DNA of 64,000 nt, taken from Heterodontus francisci. Taxonomy: Eukaryota. Positions 1 to 13,444 of the stretch are shown piece by piece. The translations under genes and the position numbers were made by a program. Within the stretch, counting starts at the first letter, position 1; every line of letters starts with the position of its first letter. Location of the stretch: positions 27,128,219 to 27,192,218 of the forward strand of contig NC_090382.1 in NCBI RefSeq assembly GCF_036365525.1, given 5' to 3'. A model generated the notes under the pieces. The model did no database searches and was not told the DNA's origin. It worked only from the letters and a program-made list of their open reading frames with translations.

Positions 1-165
1 CAAAGTCCAGGCTACTCACTCAATGCCTATTCCCAGCCAAAATAGCCAGTGCACTTAACACACTCAAAGCAAAGACTGTGGCTTGAATCTTACCAAACCT
101 AGGAGGTCCTGCTGCTGGGATTGAAAACCAGTTCCAAGCCTGCATGAACAGACGGCGGGACCCCT

Positions 166-781
166 GGTGGGATTTTACCACCGGTGGCGAATTGATAGGC
201 CACCGCTGGGACTGCCTTCCAATTGAGGACTGCGGCCCAATCAGAAGGCTGGCAGCTCGACAGCGCCACCAATAGAGGTAGCTGCTGCTGAGGCTGCAGG
301 GAGAAGGAGAGGGCACCTGCATTTTGAGGTGTCCTAGAGGACCAGGTAAGTTTTTCCTTACTGTACCAAGGTCAGGCAGGCAGGTCTCAGTGATTGGAAG
401 AATAAGTCTCCAGCAGCGGTGTTGGAGCTGTGAAGGCAGACATTACTGCTGGGGGCCCCTCCATGTGCCATGAATCAACCATTAAGGAAGGCCCCCTCCC
501 CCCCAACCGGGAACCCACTGGGAGGCCACCACAATTTCCTAGGCAGTTTCTCCATGCAGCGGGGGCTCATCCTGACACTGGCAAAATGTGAGCGGGGGTG
601 AGAAGTGGCCGTTAATTGGCTAATTAATTGTCTCCAGTCAGCCAACGGCCGCACCACTGACATTCTCGCCATTGAGAATATCCTATGGCTGTGGGAAGAC
701 ATCGGCTCCCCTCCCAATGTCTTCCACCGACATTTTATGAGGCCACCCAGCCCATCTTCAGAGGGCTGGTAAAAATAGCCC
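166..781. mobile_element. Harbinger-like MITE
   Basis: Degenerate TIRs GGTGGGATTTTACCA / TGGTAAAAATAGCCC; internal motifs shared with the 53266 copy. Confidence 0.6.
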
Positions 782-874
782 TGTGTACTTGACATTAATT
801 GTAATGAAAATTGAATAGTGCTAATTGCAACAGAATCAGGTGACAAGGTGAGGAGATTTTATTGTTATGTTATG

Positions 875-1082
875 TCCTGGAATGTCCTGCCTGAAAGGAT
901 GGTGGAAGCAGATTCAATTATCATTTTCAACAGGGAATTGGATATATATTTGAAAAGGGTAAATTTGCAGGGTTATGGGGAAAAACACAAGAAAGTGGGA
1001 GGAATTGGATATTCCCTTCAAAGAGCTGTCTCTGGCACAGTGGGCAGAGTGCCCTACTTTTGTGCTGTAAGATTCTATGTTT
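875..1082 (+). mobile_element. CR1 LINE 3' end fragment
   Basis: WNVLPERMVEADSIIIFNRELDIYLK-like CR1 ORF2 C-terminus plus TTCTATG tail. Confidence 0.8.
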
Positions 1083-1936
1083 CTAATTTAACCCCAGTTC
1101 CTTTATTTTTTTCCCCCATTTCTCCTGATAGGTCCACTGTCTTTTAATACCTCTTTTCCATTTGGGCTCATCGGATAGCGATCAAGAGTGGGAACCCTGG
1201 TTAGATCTTGCCGTATGATATGCTTTTAGAAATTGCTCAACTCAAGCACTGTTTACATTGTCAACCCTGTGGGGACGAGATCCAAACAACATGAAATGAA
1301 TGTAATTACCTCCAGAGCTGACAGTGGGGAGTGACTCTGTGAGTTTTTAATGCGCTGACACATATTACATCACCAGTCCAACAGTTACCAAACCAACATT
1401 TAAAGAAGGTACACTAGGGTGGGGATGATGGAGGGGATTGGTAATTCTAACTTAAGTGGGTTTGAGGTGGGCTTGAAAGGGTGGGGAGGGGATGAGTGCA
1501 GATATCACTTGCAGGCCTAACTTTTATATCCAGAGTGCCAAGCTTCATTTAAAGATGCCCACTCCACTTCACACTGAGAACATGTGGAAGAGGGAACAGA
1601 CAGGCTGCTGGGAAGGGGAAGATTGGACAGCCCATGGCTGACCACTGGCTTGCAGGTAAGAGTCTGAGAGGGGGATTTGGCAGGTTCTTGCAGGAAGGCA
1701 GCGTGTGGGATTGTAGTCTGGTGCAGAGAAAGCTGCTGTTGTATGCTCGGTTTGTTTACTGCCACTTTATTATATTTGGTTAGGCTAGCTTAGAGAGATT
1801 ACTAAGTCTTCAGTACATTGAACATTAACTCTTTTATTGCCTTCTATCTACAGCTTTACACAAGTCTGTATGGCTTCTCTGAAGCCATGCTGCGTCTCCC
1901 TCCAGTCTCTCTCATATGTGATCTCTTACATCATAG

Positions 1937-2290
1937 GGGCGGCACAGTGGCGCAGTGGTTAGCACCGCAGCCTCACAGCTCCAGGGACCCGGGTTCGATT
2001 CTGGGTACTGCCTGTGCGGAGTTTGCAAGTTCTCCCTGTGTCTGCGTGGGTTTCCTCCGGGTGCTCCGGTTTCCTCTCACATGCCAAAGACTTGCAGGTT
2101 GATAGGTTAATTGGCCATTATAAATTGCCCCTAGTATAGGTAGGTGGTAGGGAAATATATAGGGACAGGTGGGGATGTGATAGGAATATGGGATTAGTGT
2201 AGGATTAGTATAAATGGATGGTTGATGGTCGGCACAGACTCGGTGGGCCGAAGGGCCTGTTTCAGTGCTGTATCTCTAAACTAAAAAATA
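1937..2290 (+). mobile_element. HE1-type V-SINE inserted in the Gypsy A 3' LTR
   Basis: tRNA head (A box TGGCGCAGTGG, B box GGTTCGATTC), V domain GGGTTTCCTCCGGGTGCTCCGGTTTCC, CR1-like tail and A-rich end. Confidence 0.92.
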
Positions 2291-5048
2291 ATGGTTGGAG
2301 GTATTCCTTACACTGTCTCAATCATTAACCCTTTCAGACCCTTATACTACATCTCCCCCCAAGTCATTATCCACATATATATTGGTACATTCACTTATTT
2401 TTTTACATACATTTTTATTTTTACATACTACCCCATCTCCCCCCAAGTCTCTTATTTCACAGATTCAATATGTCAGGAGGCTTCACAACCCTCCCTGATC
2501 ATGTTGCTGTCAGGTGTGGAAGATCAGTAGTCTCACTCATCTGGTGCTTTCTGAATTTCAAGTTCAACAGCTGGCTCATCCAAGTGCATGACTGACATCT
2601 TTGATGAATAGAAATAAGATTCTTCCTCATTCTTCTTATAGTAGCTTCTGAAATATTGTACTAAAAAAGATCTCTGTTGATTCTCAGCTCTTGGGACAAC
2701 TACTCCTCTATTTTGGTCTCATACCCATACGTTTTGTCCTTCTGTCAACTTAGGTAGGTTCCTGGTACGGTATTTCCTATTGTAATGATAGGCTTATTGC
2801 TTTCGGTAATACTTTTCTCTGTCTTGAACTCTCTGATCATCCTGGAGTTCTAGCCCTGGAAGTAACTTTTTGGGTAGGATTGGAAGTTTTGTTCTAAACT
2901 TCCTCCCCATCAACAGTTCTGATGGTGCTAATCCACACTGTAATTGAGTAGATCTGTAGTTTAGGAGTATTGTTTGAAAATCTTCATTTTTCTTTAACAG
3001 TGCTTTGATAGTCCTAACTCCTCTTTCAGCTTCACCATGAGATTGTGGATATCTGGGGAACTTGTCAGATGTACAAATCCACAATTTTCCGCAAAGTGCA
3101 TGAAGTAGTCACTTGCAAATTGTGGTCCGTTATCGGAAACTATCTGATCAGGTGTACCATGTGTTGCAAAGATCTCCTGTAACACTCAAGTGATTGTCTC
3201 CATTGTTGTCATATACAAACGTTTGACCTCGATCCACCTTGAAAAATAGTCAATGACAATCAGGTAGGATTTTCCATTAAACAAGAATAGATCCATCACC
3301 AGACGTTCCCACGATCTGGTTGGAAATTGGGTTGAGATAAAGGGTTCCCTCTGATCCTGTCTGTGTACTGCGCATACCTGGCAATTAGAAATCATTTCTT
3401 CTATATCTCTCGATATTCCCGACCATGGACGGCTGAGCCCATGCTCTATTTTTCGTTCTACCCATATGACCCTGGTGCATTTTCTCCAAGATGTCTATCT
3501 GGAGTGAGTCGGGAATCACCAGCCTCTCGTCATATACCAGCAAATAATCCACTATAGTAAAGTGCCTTCTGTGTTCGAAGAAGATTTTCATCCTCTCACC
3601 ACTGGGACGGTGCTGCAGCCAACCTTGTTTGCAATATTGGCGGATATAGATGCACCACTCATCTTGCATCTGTGCATGACAAATTTATGAAGCTTTTTTG
3701 AACTTGCCAGCCATTGTGATGCAGTGAATTGAGAATATGACTGAATTTCATTGATGTAGTTCATATCCTGTTGTGTAGGATAGTTGATGGTACTCTAGAC
3801 AATGCATCTGCTGTGTTTGTTGCTTGCCCTGTACGTATAACATTTCATACGTGAACCTCATTAGACGCAAACAGAATCTCTGGATTCTCGGAGGCATCCT
3901 AACATGTTCCTTTTCATCAAGTAAGGAAACCAGGGGCCATATGCTCTGTCTATGATGGCCTTTAAGCCGATAATATAATGAGAACTTCTCACAAGCCCAT
4001 GTGATTGCGAGAGCTTCTTTCTCTATGATGACGTACCTCGTCTCAGTCTTAGACAATGCTCATGACACATAATAAACTGGTGATCGACATCCATCTGACT
4101 GTTCTTGAGAAAGGACTGCCCCTAACCCTGTAGATGAGGTGTCTGCTGAAATTGTGTTTGGCAGTGAGGGGTTATAATGAACTAAATCAGCATCTACTTG
4201 ATCCTTTGAAATGCTTGCTCTTGATGTGCACCCCAACAGCATGCTTGAGCTTTCATAGGAATAGGATCATATGAATCAGGAGCACGAGTAGGCCATTCGA
4301 TCTGTCGAACCTTCTCTGCCATTCAAACAAATCATGGCTGATTCTCTACCTCTGCACCATTTTTCCCCACTATCCTCATATCCCTTGATGTCATTAGTAT
4401 TGGTTTCTGTCTTGGACATGCTCAATGACTGAGCTTCCCCAGCCCTCTGAGGTAGAGAATTCCACAGATTCACAACACTTTAAGTAAACAAATTCCTCCT
4501 CATCTCAGTCTTAAATGGCCTGCCCCTTATTCTGGAACTATGCCCCCTGGTTCTAGACTCACCAGCCAGAAGAAACATCCTTTCCACATCTACCTTGTCA
4601 TGCCCTGTAAGAATTTTGTAGGTTTCAATATCATCTCTCATTCTTCAAAACTCTAGATAATACAGTCCCAGTTTCTGCAATCTCTCCTCATATGACAATC
4701 CTGCCATCCCAGAGATTAGTCTGGTGAACCTCTGCTGCACTCCCTCAATAGCAAGTATATCCTTCATAAGATAAGGAAACCAAAACTGTGCACAATACTC
4801 CAGGTGCAGTCTCACCAAGGCTTTATAGAATTGCATCAACACATCTTTACTCCTATACTCAAATCCCCTTGCAATGAAGGCCAACATACCATTTGCCTTC
4901 CTAATTGCTTGCTGCAACTGCAAACAAGCTTTTAGTGACTCATGAACAAGGGCACCCAGGTCCCTTTGGATATCAACATTTCCAAAGCTCTCACCGTTTA
5001 AGAAATACTCTGCCTTTCTGTTTTTTCTACCAAAGTGGGTCATTTCAC

Positions 5049-5992
5049 TGTCATGCAGGCCCCCATCTGCCAAGAATGAGAAACATTAATTTCGCCACAC
5101 AAACGTGGATTTTTAAACTATTACAGGAGTAAAGAAAGAACTTGTTTTTAAAAAAGAAATACCAGACCCATGACTGGAAAGACATTTGCTTAGTAACAGA
5201 CAGTACTTGGAAAGGACAAAGGGGCCACTCCCTGCTCCAATTTAATCCACAACGGACTTTTGATTACCAGACATTGAAGGTGGAGAAGCTAGCATTCCAG
5301 GTTAACTGCTAAGATGGCTGAATACACAAACAGATATGGTCAGACTGGTTTAGTCACATGACTAATTTGGCTGTTGGAGTTTTTTGAATTTGAACTTGCC
5401 ACAGAGTTTTAAAACTCAGAAAGCTGTTTGCACCTGGACTGGAAAAGACCTCTTGTGGCTGGCTTGCTGCTGCCTCTCTCCTGTTTGCTCATCTCTTTTT
5501 CACCAGAATCCAAAAAGGACACAGGAACTCCAAGAGAGAAAAGTCTCCTCCAGTGAACAAGGTTTAAGAAGAATACTGGGCCACAACGAAAAGCAAGAAT
5601 TACCTACAAGCAAGAACTACCTACAAAAGGACTACTATGAGTTCGAAGCACAGTAACAAGAAACTTTTCTGACATCACCTCAAACCTCTTTTCTGTCTCT
5701 ATTTGCATGTGCGTATTATGTGGGGCATGCTAGTGTGGGGCACGGCATGTATCCGTAGGCATTAACAGAATTAGAGTTTAAGTTTAAGTTTTAATAAATT
5801 TAATTTTTCTTCTTTAAACCTAAGAAGGCCTGTTTGTGCTCATTTTGTTGCCTTATAATTGGAAAGGGGTGAAAAAGTTTTCACCAAAGGGGGAGCTCAC
5901 AACACTGTGTGTTTAAAATTAAACCCTGTTACAATAAGACCAAGTGAAGGCTGAGAAAGAGCCCTGGACAACTTTCTCACCTGGTTGTAATA
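5049..5992 (+). mobile_element. Solo LTR related to the Gmr1-like LTRs at 62768
   Basis: TGTCATGC...CTCACCTGGTTGTAATA; colinear with 62768-63637; near-TSD TCAC/TTAC. Confidence 0.88.
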
Positions 5993-6460
5993 TTACACTT
6001 ATTCACATTATATCCCATCTGCCATGTTCTTGCCCATTCACTTACCCTGTCCAAATCCCCTTGAAGTCTTCTGGCACCCTCCTCACAATTTACATTCCCA
6101 CCAAGTTCTGTCTCATCTGCAAATTCAGAAATATTACAATTGGTTCCCACATTCAGATCATTTATATAGATTGTGAACAGTTCTGGCCCAAGCACTGATC
6201 CTTGAGTATATCCCACTAATAACAACCTGCCATCCTGAGAATGACCCATTTATTCCTTCTTTCTGCTTTCTGTCTGTTAACCAATTCTCAGTCCATTGCA
6301 GTATATTACCCCCCAATCCCATGTGCTCTAATTTTGTTTACTAACCTCTTGTGTGGGACCTCATCAAAAGCCTTCTGAAATCCAAATGCACCACATCTAC
6401 TGGTTCTCCTTTGTCTATGCTGCAAGTAACATCCTCAAAAAACGACAACAGATTTGTCAA

Positions 6461-6587
6461 TAAAAGCAAAATATTGCGGATGCTGGAAATCTGAAATAAA
6501 AACAAGAAATGCTGGAAATACTCAGCAGGTCTGGCAGCATCTGTGGATATTCGGGGTTCTTCGGGGTTCTTCGGGGTCTTCATGTTG
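6461..6587 (-). mobile_element. Penelope-like 3' tail fragment with extra sequence
   Basis: 6461-6547 near-identical to 24432-24518; 13-bp TSD ACAGATTTGTCAA at 6448-6460 and 6588-6600. Confidence 0.8.
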
Positions 6588-9500
6588 ACAGATTTGTCAA
6601 GCATGATTTCCCTTTCACAAATCCATGTGACTCTTGTGAATCCAAGCGTCCAATATTTTCCAAGCGTCCAATTATCTCATCCTTTATAATCGATTCTAAC
6701 ATTTTCCCTATTACTGACGTCAAACTAACAGGTCTGTAGTTCTCTGTTTTCTGTCTGTCTCCCTTCTTAAATAGTGGGGTTACATTTGCTACTTTCCAAT
6801 CTGCAGCAACCCTTCCAGAATCGATAGAATTTTGAAACATAACCACCATTATCTTTATAGCCACCTCCTTCATTACTCTGGAATGTAGCTCATCTGGTCC
6901 AGGGGATTTATCAACTTTAATTTTTCCTTTCCTTAATGGTTATTGTAAGGGCTCAGTAACTCGTGCTAGATTGGGTAACATTTTTGCCAACTGATTAACT
7001 ATTCCAAGGAATCTTTGAAGATCTTGGACAGAAGTAGGACGTGGGAATTCACGAATGGCTCTCGTCTTTTTCGGGTCAGCCATTATGCCATTGCTACTGA
7101 CAATGTGTCTTAAATAACAAATAAACATTTTCAAAAATTCGCTTTTCATTAATTGTCAGACCTCCTGGTTGTAGACAATTCAAAACTGCTCTGGCCCTCA
7201 GGTCATGTTCTTCAATGGATTCACCATGGACTAAGATGATGTTCATGTGGCATATTACTCTTTTAAGGCCCTGTAGAATGTTCGACATAGTTTTTTGGAA
7301 TATTTCCAGTGCTGATGTTACACTGAAAGGTAAAAGATTAAAACAAAATCTTCTGGATGGAATAATGAAGGTTGTCAATAACCTTGACTGCTTATCCAAT
7401 GGAACTTGCCAAAAGCCACTATTCGTGTCAAGCTTCGTAAACACAGGATATGTTCACTGGATAACTTTGCCGAGCTTTCATCCACTGAGGACATCAGATG
7501 AACTTCTCTTGCCACTGCCTTATTAAGTTGAGTTAAGTCTACACAAATGTGAAGAGTACCATTACGTTTAAGAACTGGAACCATTCTTGAATACCACTTT
7601 GTATGTATAGTGACAGGAGAAATGACTCCCATCCTGGTCATCTCTTCTAGCTGATGTTGGTCTTGCTTCTTTAGTGGGTGTGATATCTTCCTAGACATGA
7701 AAAGACATACTGGTTTAGCATCTTTTCTCAGTGTAATGTTGTATTCAGTCTTCAATCTTTCTAGACCAGTAACTAATTTTGGAAAGCCTTTTTGGAAAGG
7801 ACTCCTGGATTCTTGTTGCTTAACTTCTTCCACTTTTCTTATAAGATGAAGGTCAATACAAATTCTTCTACTTAAAAGAGAGAATTATTGATTCCATAGA
7901 ATCTACAGTGTTGCCAGTATCTGCTTTCCTACTGGAGTGTTGCCTATAGCTTTCCCTTGACTTTCAGTTCAATCTCTCCTGGGCCATGTACCTCAGTTTT
8001 CATTGGTTGCAGGCAATGCGTTGATAATCAGGGTTCATTGTCTGATAAGACACTTGCTCCAGGGTCCAGTTTAAAATTAATGATATGTCCGTTGACATAT
8101 ACATCTTTAGACCAAAATGCCTGATTAGGATCATTAATATGACCAAGGAAGTTTTCTGATTTCCCTGCTGATGGATATTTTCAACATCATTAACAACTCT
8201 ATGCTTGAAGTCAGTTTCTTTCAAACTGTGGGAGTATAGATGTTACTTTGTCACAGTTTACCAAAATGGCCTATTTTCTTACTGTGGGAGCATTCTGCTT
8301 TGTTTGCAGCACACTGTTCGTGCCTGTGGGTCTTTTTGGTGCACATAGCGCTGACAGGGTTTCATGCATCTTGCACTCCCCTGCACCCCCCACCCCCAGT
8401 GTACCTTTTTTTCTGGTGCTTCTTTTACAGCCCTTTGATTAAGGAATTGTATGGTAGCTGGAGGTTTCCTGAACCAAGGCCTTTTTTCACCTCTCAGAAT
8501 TGCTCTTTTCTTCACTGGACCTCAGCTTGTCACACCAGCTGAATTGTTTTGTCTAGGGTGAGGTCTTCCTCAGACTGCAATAAATCTCACAGGGACTTAT
8601 CAGCAATACCTACAACAATTAATTCTACTTTTAGGTCTCCATATATACATCCTTCAGCTAGTCTGTAAAGGTCATTCATAAAAGTATCAACTGTTTCACC
8701 TGGTTTCTGGACCCTTCTGTTAAATTTTGGCCTTTCCAGAATCTTATTGCTTCTCAGGTAAAAAAAGCTATCAAAGGCTTTTAAAACTTCATCAAATTTG
8801 TCTGATGTCTCATTACTGCCTTGTCTTGCAATAACATTGTTTGTAGCAGTGAGATTTCACAGGGAGAGGCAGTGACCAAAGCAGGAGTCAGCGTGGGAAA
8901 CTTCCGATACTGGAGGGAAAATTTTAAAAAGAAAGTAAATCAAATAGAAAGCCATGGATCTTAAATTCACAATACCAGAGACATTTGGACACATGAGAGG
9001 ACCAAATCAAACTCAAAATTGGTCACTTTGGTGAAAAAGATTTTTGAGATACAGAATTGCTTCCAAATTAGACAGCTAGTCTGAAGCAGAGCAAGTTAAC
9101 ACATTGCTGTGTTCCATTGGTGCAACATTTTGTTGCTCCTGGCTTCTGTGGAGATAAGAATGAGCAGAAACCTACCTTCGGTCCATTTTTCCCTTCCTGT
9201 TTTGTTCATATAAAACAACCCCTCAGAGTATGAGCATCAAAAAAGAGAAACCATTTCTTTCTTTCAACAAGGCAACCAATATGGTGGCCTCAATAATTTT
9301 AATGATCAAGTACACACAGTAACAAGGCAGTCAGTACAAAAGATGGATTTTACCCCAAGCCTTGGAGAATAGGTGACTTTCTATTGAAACTGCCGTCTCT
9401 TTGCTCCTCTGAGCTACCACCTTAAGGCAGATATTCATCGACCCTTTATTCCATGCTGTGTTAGCATGACCATAACATCATCCATCCTTAGTCAATCAGT

Positions 9501-9589
9501 GACACTATAGCCCATTTCTTCCAAATAGGGACCAACTTCCATATTCTTTTTCCTTGATTCATTTTAACAGTTTTCGAGCTGACACAACT

Positions 9590-10850
9590 GTCCCCCTCCC
9601 TTTTTGAATAAAGGAGTTACATTCACTATTTTCCAATCTAATGAATCCTTCCCTGAACTTGGGGAATTTTGGAAAATTAAAACCGCCGCATCAACTATCT
9701 CACTAGCTACTTCTTTTAAGACCCTAGAATGAAGACCATCAGGACCTGAGGACTTGTCAGCCAGCAGCTACAACAATTTGCCCAGTACCACTTCCCTGGT
9801 GATTGTAATTTTCTTGAGTTCCTCATTCAAATTGTACTTCTATCCTCGATAGTGAAGACTGATGCAAAATACCTGTTCAATTCATCTGCCATCTCTTTAT
9901 TTTCCATTATTAATTTCCGTGACTCATATTCTATAGGACCAATGCTCACTTTGTTAAATATCTATAGAAACTCCTACTATCTGTTTTTATATTTCTAGCT
10001 AGCTTTCTCTCCTACTTTAATTTCTCCCTCCTTATTAGTCTTTAGTAATTCTTTACTTTTTTTTATATTCTGTCCAATCTTCTGACCTGTCACCCATCTT
10101 TGTGCAATGATATGCTTTTCTTTAAGTTTGATACTATCTATAACGTTTTTAGCTAACCACGGATGGTGGGTCCTTCCCTTGGAATTTTTCTTTTTCATTG
10201 GATTGCATCTATTCTGTGTATTCTGAAGTATCCCCTTAAATGTCAGCCACTGCATCTCTAATGACCTATTTTTAATCTAATTTGCCAGTTCACTTTAGCT
10301 AGCTCTTCTTTCATGCCCTCATAAATGCCCTTATTTAAGTTTAAAATACTCATCTCTCCCTCAAACTGAATGTAAAATTCAATCATATTATGATTGCTGC
10401 TGCCTAGGAGCACCTTCACTATGAGATCATTAATTAATCCTATCTCGTTGCACAATACCAGGTCTATCATAGCCTACTCTCTGATTGGCTCCAGAATGTG
10501 CTGTTCTAAGAAACTATGCTGAAAACATTCAATGAACTCCTCATCGAGGCTACCTTTGCCCATCTGGTTTTTTCCAATCTATATGTAAATTAAAATCCCC
10601 CATTGATTATTGCCTTACCTTTCTGACAAGCTCCCATTATTTCTTCCTTTATGCCCTGTCCTACTGTGTGGTTACTGTTAACAGTCCTTTACACCACTCC
10701 CACAAGTGACTTCTTGCCTTTATCCTTTTTCATCTTTACTCAAACTGTTTCTATGTCATGGTTTCCTGAACTTAGGTCATCCCTCTCTATTGTGCGAATA
10801 CCATCATTAATTAACAGAGCCACCCCTCCACATTTTCCTAGCTTCCTGTA
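9590..10850 (-). mobile_element. CR1 LINE ORF2 fragment (endonuclease to linker)
   Basis: DLVLCNEIGLI...LGSSNHNMIEF and HPWL motifs. Confidence 0.88.
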
Positions 10851-11269
10851 TTAACTTATTTTAGCTGACTAAGTATGGCTAAACTACTGGATTAAAAAAC
10901 TTGCTGAGCCACTAGGGAAAGCTCAAGGTGCCTATTTAACCTATGACTCTCTCTCAGTTTTTATATCCTACTTGATCATATTTTCCAGCAAGTCATAAGT
11001 CGCTGTGTCAGTCTGGATCAAAAGGGATGCTTTGCTGAGTTTGATGCTGGGCACTTTGTTGCAGATGGCAAGCCATACTGAGCCTATGTGCCTGTTGCTG
11101 ACACTATAAGGGTTAGAAACCTGCCAGGGCAGGTGATCAGTTAAGTTAGTCCACAGGGCTCGTCTGTCAATATCCCAGCTCGATCATGTGAGTTCTTATT
11201 TCTAACTGCTCTTTTGAGCAGGCAGGAGGGACACCTCCCAGAAACTGGTGGAGTCCTTCCTTATATAGG

Positions 11270-13442
11270 TGGATCAACAGAAGCAAAGGTTCTAAATTGG
11301 GGGAAGGCAAATTTTATGAAACTGAGAGGTGACCTGGCGAAAGTGGACTGGATACAGCTACTTGAAGGAAAATTAGTGGCAAACCAGTGGGAGGCATTCA
11401 AGAGTGAGATACTATGGGCACAGTGTAGGCAAGTCCCCACAAAGATTAAGGGTGGGATTGCCAAATCTAGAGCCCCCTGGTTATCTAAAAGCTTACAGGG
11501 TAAGTGAAAGCAAAAAAAGAAAGCTTATGACTATCACAAATATCTTAATACTTTAGAAAGCCTAGAGGAGTAGGGGTGAAGTAAAAAGGGAAAGTAAAAA
11601 AGCAAAGAGAAGACATGGAAAATTATTGGCAGATAAAATCAAGGAAAACCCGAAGATGTTTTATCAGTACATTAAAGGGAAGAGGCTAACTAAGGAAGAG
11701 GTAGGGCCTATCAGAGATGTACAGGGCAACTTATGCATGGATGCAAAAGATGTGGGCAGGGTTCTTAATGAGTTTTTTTGTCTCTCTTCACAAAGGAGAG
11801 GATGATGCGGACATTGTAGTTAAAGAAGAGGGGTGTGAAATATTAGATACGATAACCATAATGAGAGAGGTAGTACTAAAAGGTCTGACATCCTTGAAAG
11901 TGGATAAATCGCCAGGGCCAGATGGATTGTATCCCAGATTGTTAAAGGAAGCCAGGGAGGAAATAACGGATGTGCTGAGGATCATCTTCAAATCCTCACT
12001 AGATACAGGTGAGGTACCAGTTGATTGGAGGTCTGTGAACGTTGTACCATTGTTTAAAAAGGGTGTGAGGGATAGGCCAAATAATTATAGGCCAGTCAGT
12101 CTGACCTCAGTGGCGGGTAAATTGTTAGAATCTATTCTGAGGGACAGGATAAACTGTCACTTAGAAAGGCATGGCTTAATCAGGGATAGTCAGCATGAGT
12201 TTGTTAGGGGAAGGTCATGTTTTACTAACTTGATTGAGTTTTTTGAGGAATTGGCAAGGAGGATTGATGAGGGTAGTGCAATGGATGTGGTCTACATGAA
12301 TTTTAGTAAGGCATTTAACAAGGTCCCGCATGGCAGACTGGTCAGTAAAATGAAAGCTCATGGGATACAGGGGAAGGTGGCAGGTTGAATCCATAATTAG
12401 CTCAGTGACAGGAAACAAAGAATAGTAGTCAACGGATGTTTTTGTGAATGGAAAGCAGTTTCCACTGGAGTTCCACCGGGTTCAAAATTGGGTCCCTTGC
12501 TGTTTGTGGTATATATTAATGATTTGGACTTAAATGTGGGTGACATGATTGGGAAATTTGCTGATGACACAAAAATGAGCCATGTAGTTAATAGTGAGGA
12601 GGAAAGCCGTGAACTCCAGAGTGGACAGAAAAATGGCAAATGGAATTCAATCCAGAGAAGTGTGAGGTATTACATTTGGGGAGGGCAAATAAAGTGAGGG
12701 AATATACAATAAACAGGAGGATATTGAGAGGGGTAGAAGAAGTGAAAGACCTTGGAGTGCATGTTCACAGGTCCCTGAAGGTGGCAGGACAGGTAGACAG
12801 AGTGGTGAAGATGGCAAATGGATTGTTTTCCTTTATTGGCTGAGGTATAGAATACAAAAGCAGGGATGTGATGCTGGAACTGTACAAAACACTGGTTAGA
12901 TCACAGCTGGAGTATTGTGTGCAGTTCTGGTCACCACATTACAGAAAGAACATAATTGCTCTGGAGAGAGTACAGAGGAGATTTACAAGAATGTTGCCAG
13001 GGCTTGAAGGTTGCAGCTATGAGGAAAGATTGGATCGGCTAGGGTTGTTTTCCTTAGAACTGAGGAGACTGAGGGGTGACTTGATTGATGTGTACAAAAG
13101 TATGAGGGGCCTAGATAGAGTAGACAGGAAGGACCTGTTTCCCCTGGCGGGGAGATCAATTACCAGGGGGTACAGATTTAAAGTGATTGGTAGAAGGATT
13201 AGAGGGGACATGAGGGGAAACGTTTTCACCTGGAATTCACTGCCAGGATCGGTGATGGAAGCAGAGATCCTCAATTCTTTTAAAAGGTACCTGGACATGT
13301 ACCTGAAGTGCTGTAACCCGTGGGGCTATGGACCAGGTGCTGGAAAGTGGGATTAGATTGAGTGGATAGTTTATTTGGTCACTGCAGACACGATAGGCTG
13401 AATGGTCTCCTTCTGTACTTTTTCTATGGTTCTATGTTTCTA
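11270..13442 (+). mobile_element. CR1 LINE (5'-truncated)
   Basis: KSPGPDGLYPRLLKE, NYRPVSLTS, FADD, LEYCVQFWSP; TTCTATG tail. Confidence 0.95.
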
Positions 13443-13444
13443 TT

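Larger units (their letters stand above)
4256..6920 (-). mobile_element. CR1 LINE (5'-truncated) inside Gypsy A pol
   Basis: NYRPVSLTS, QGSVLGPELF, FADE, HLEYCAQFW motifs; CTATG-type tail. Confidence 0.92.
1769..9127 (-). mobile_element. Gypsy LTR retrotransposon A (decayed; 3' LTR 2351-1769; 5' LTR not found)
   Basis: gag (ERPKFNRRVQKPGETVDTFMNDLYRLAEGC), protease near 8070, RT (ICVDLTQLNKAV, KLDTNSGFWQVPLD), RNase H (ADTSSTGLGAVL, EKEALAITWACEKF), integrase (VIDYFSRW, SDNGPQF, GEAER); PPT TTGGGGGGAGA 2362-2352 then TGTAGT LTR start. Confidence 0.9.

Noticed and set aside
1131-1218. Apparent terminal coding exon after a pyrimidine tract and AG (VHCLLIPLF...LDLAV*)
   Set aside because: No recognisable protein, and it shares motifs with the dispersed repeat at 38835-39130
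1937-2010. tRNA gene
   Set aside because: tRNA-derived SINE head continuing into the V domain; five copies in the window
11717-13356. Functional reverse transcriptase gene
   Set aside because: 5'-truncated CR1 with stops and frameshifts; no RT ORF in the window is intact
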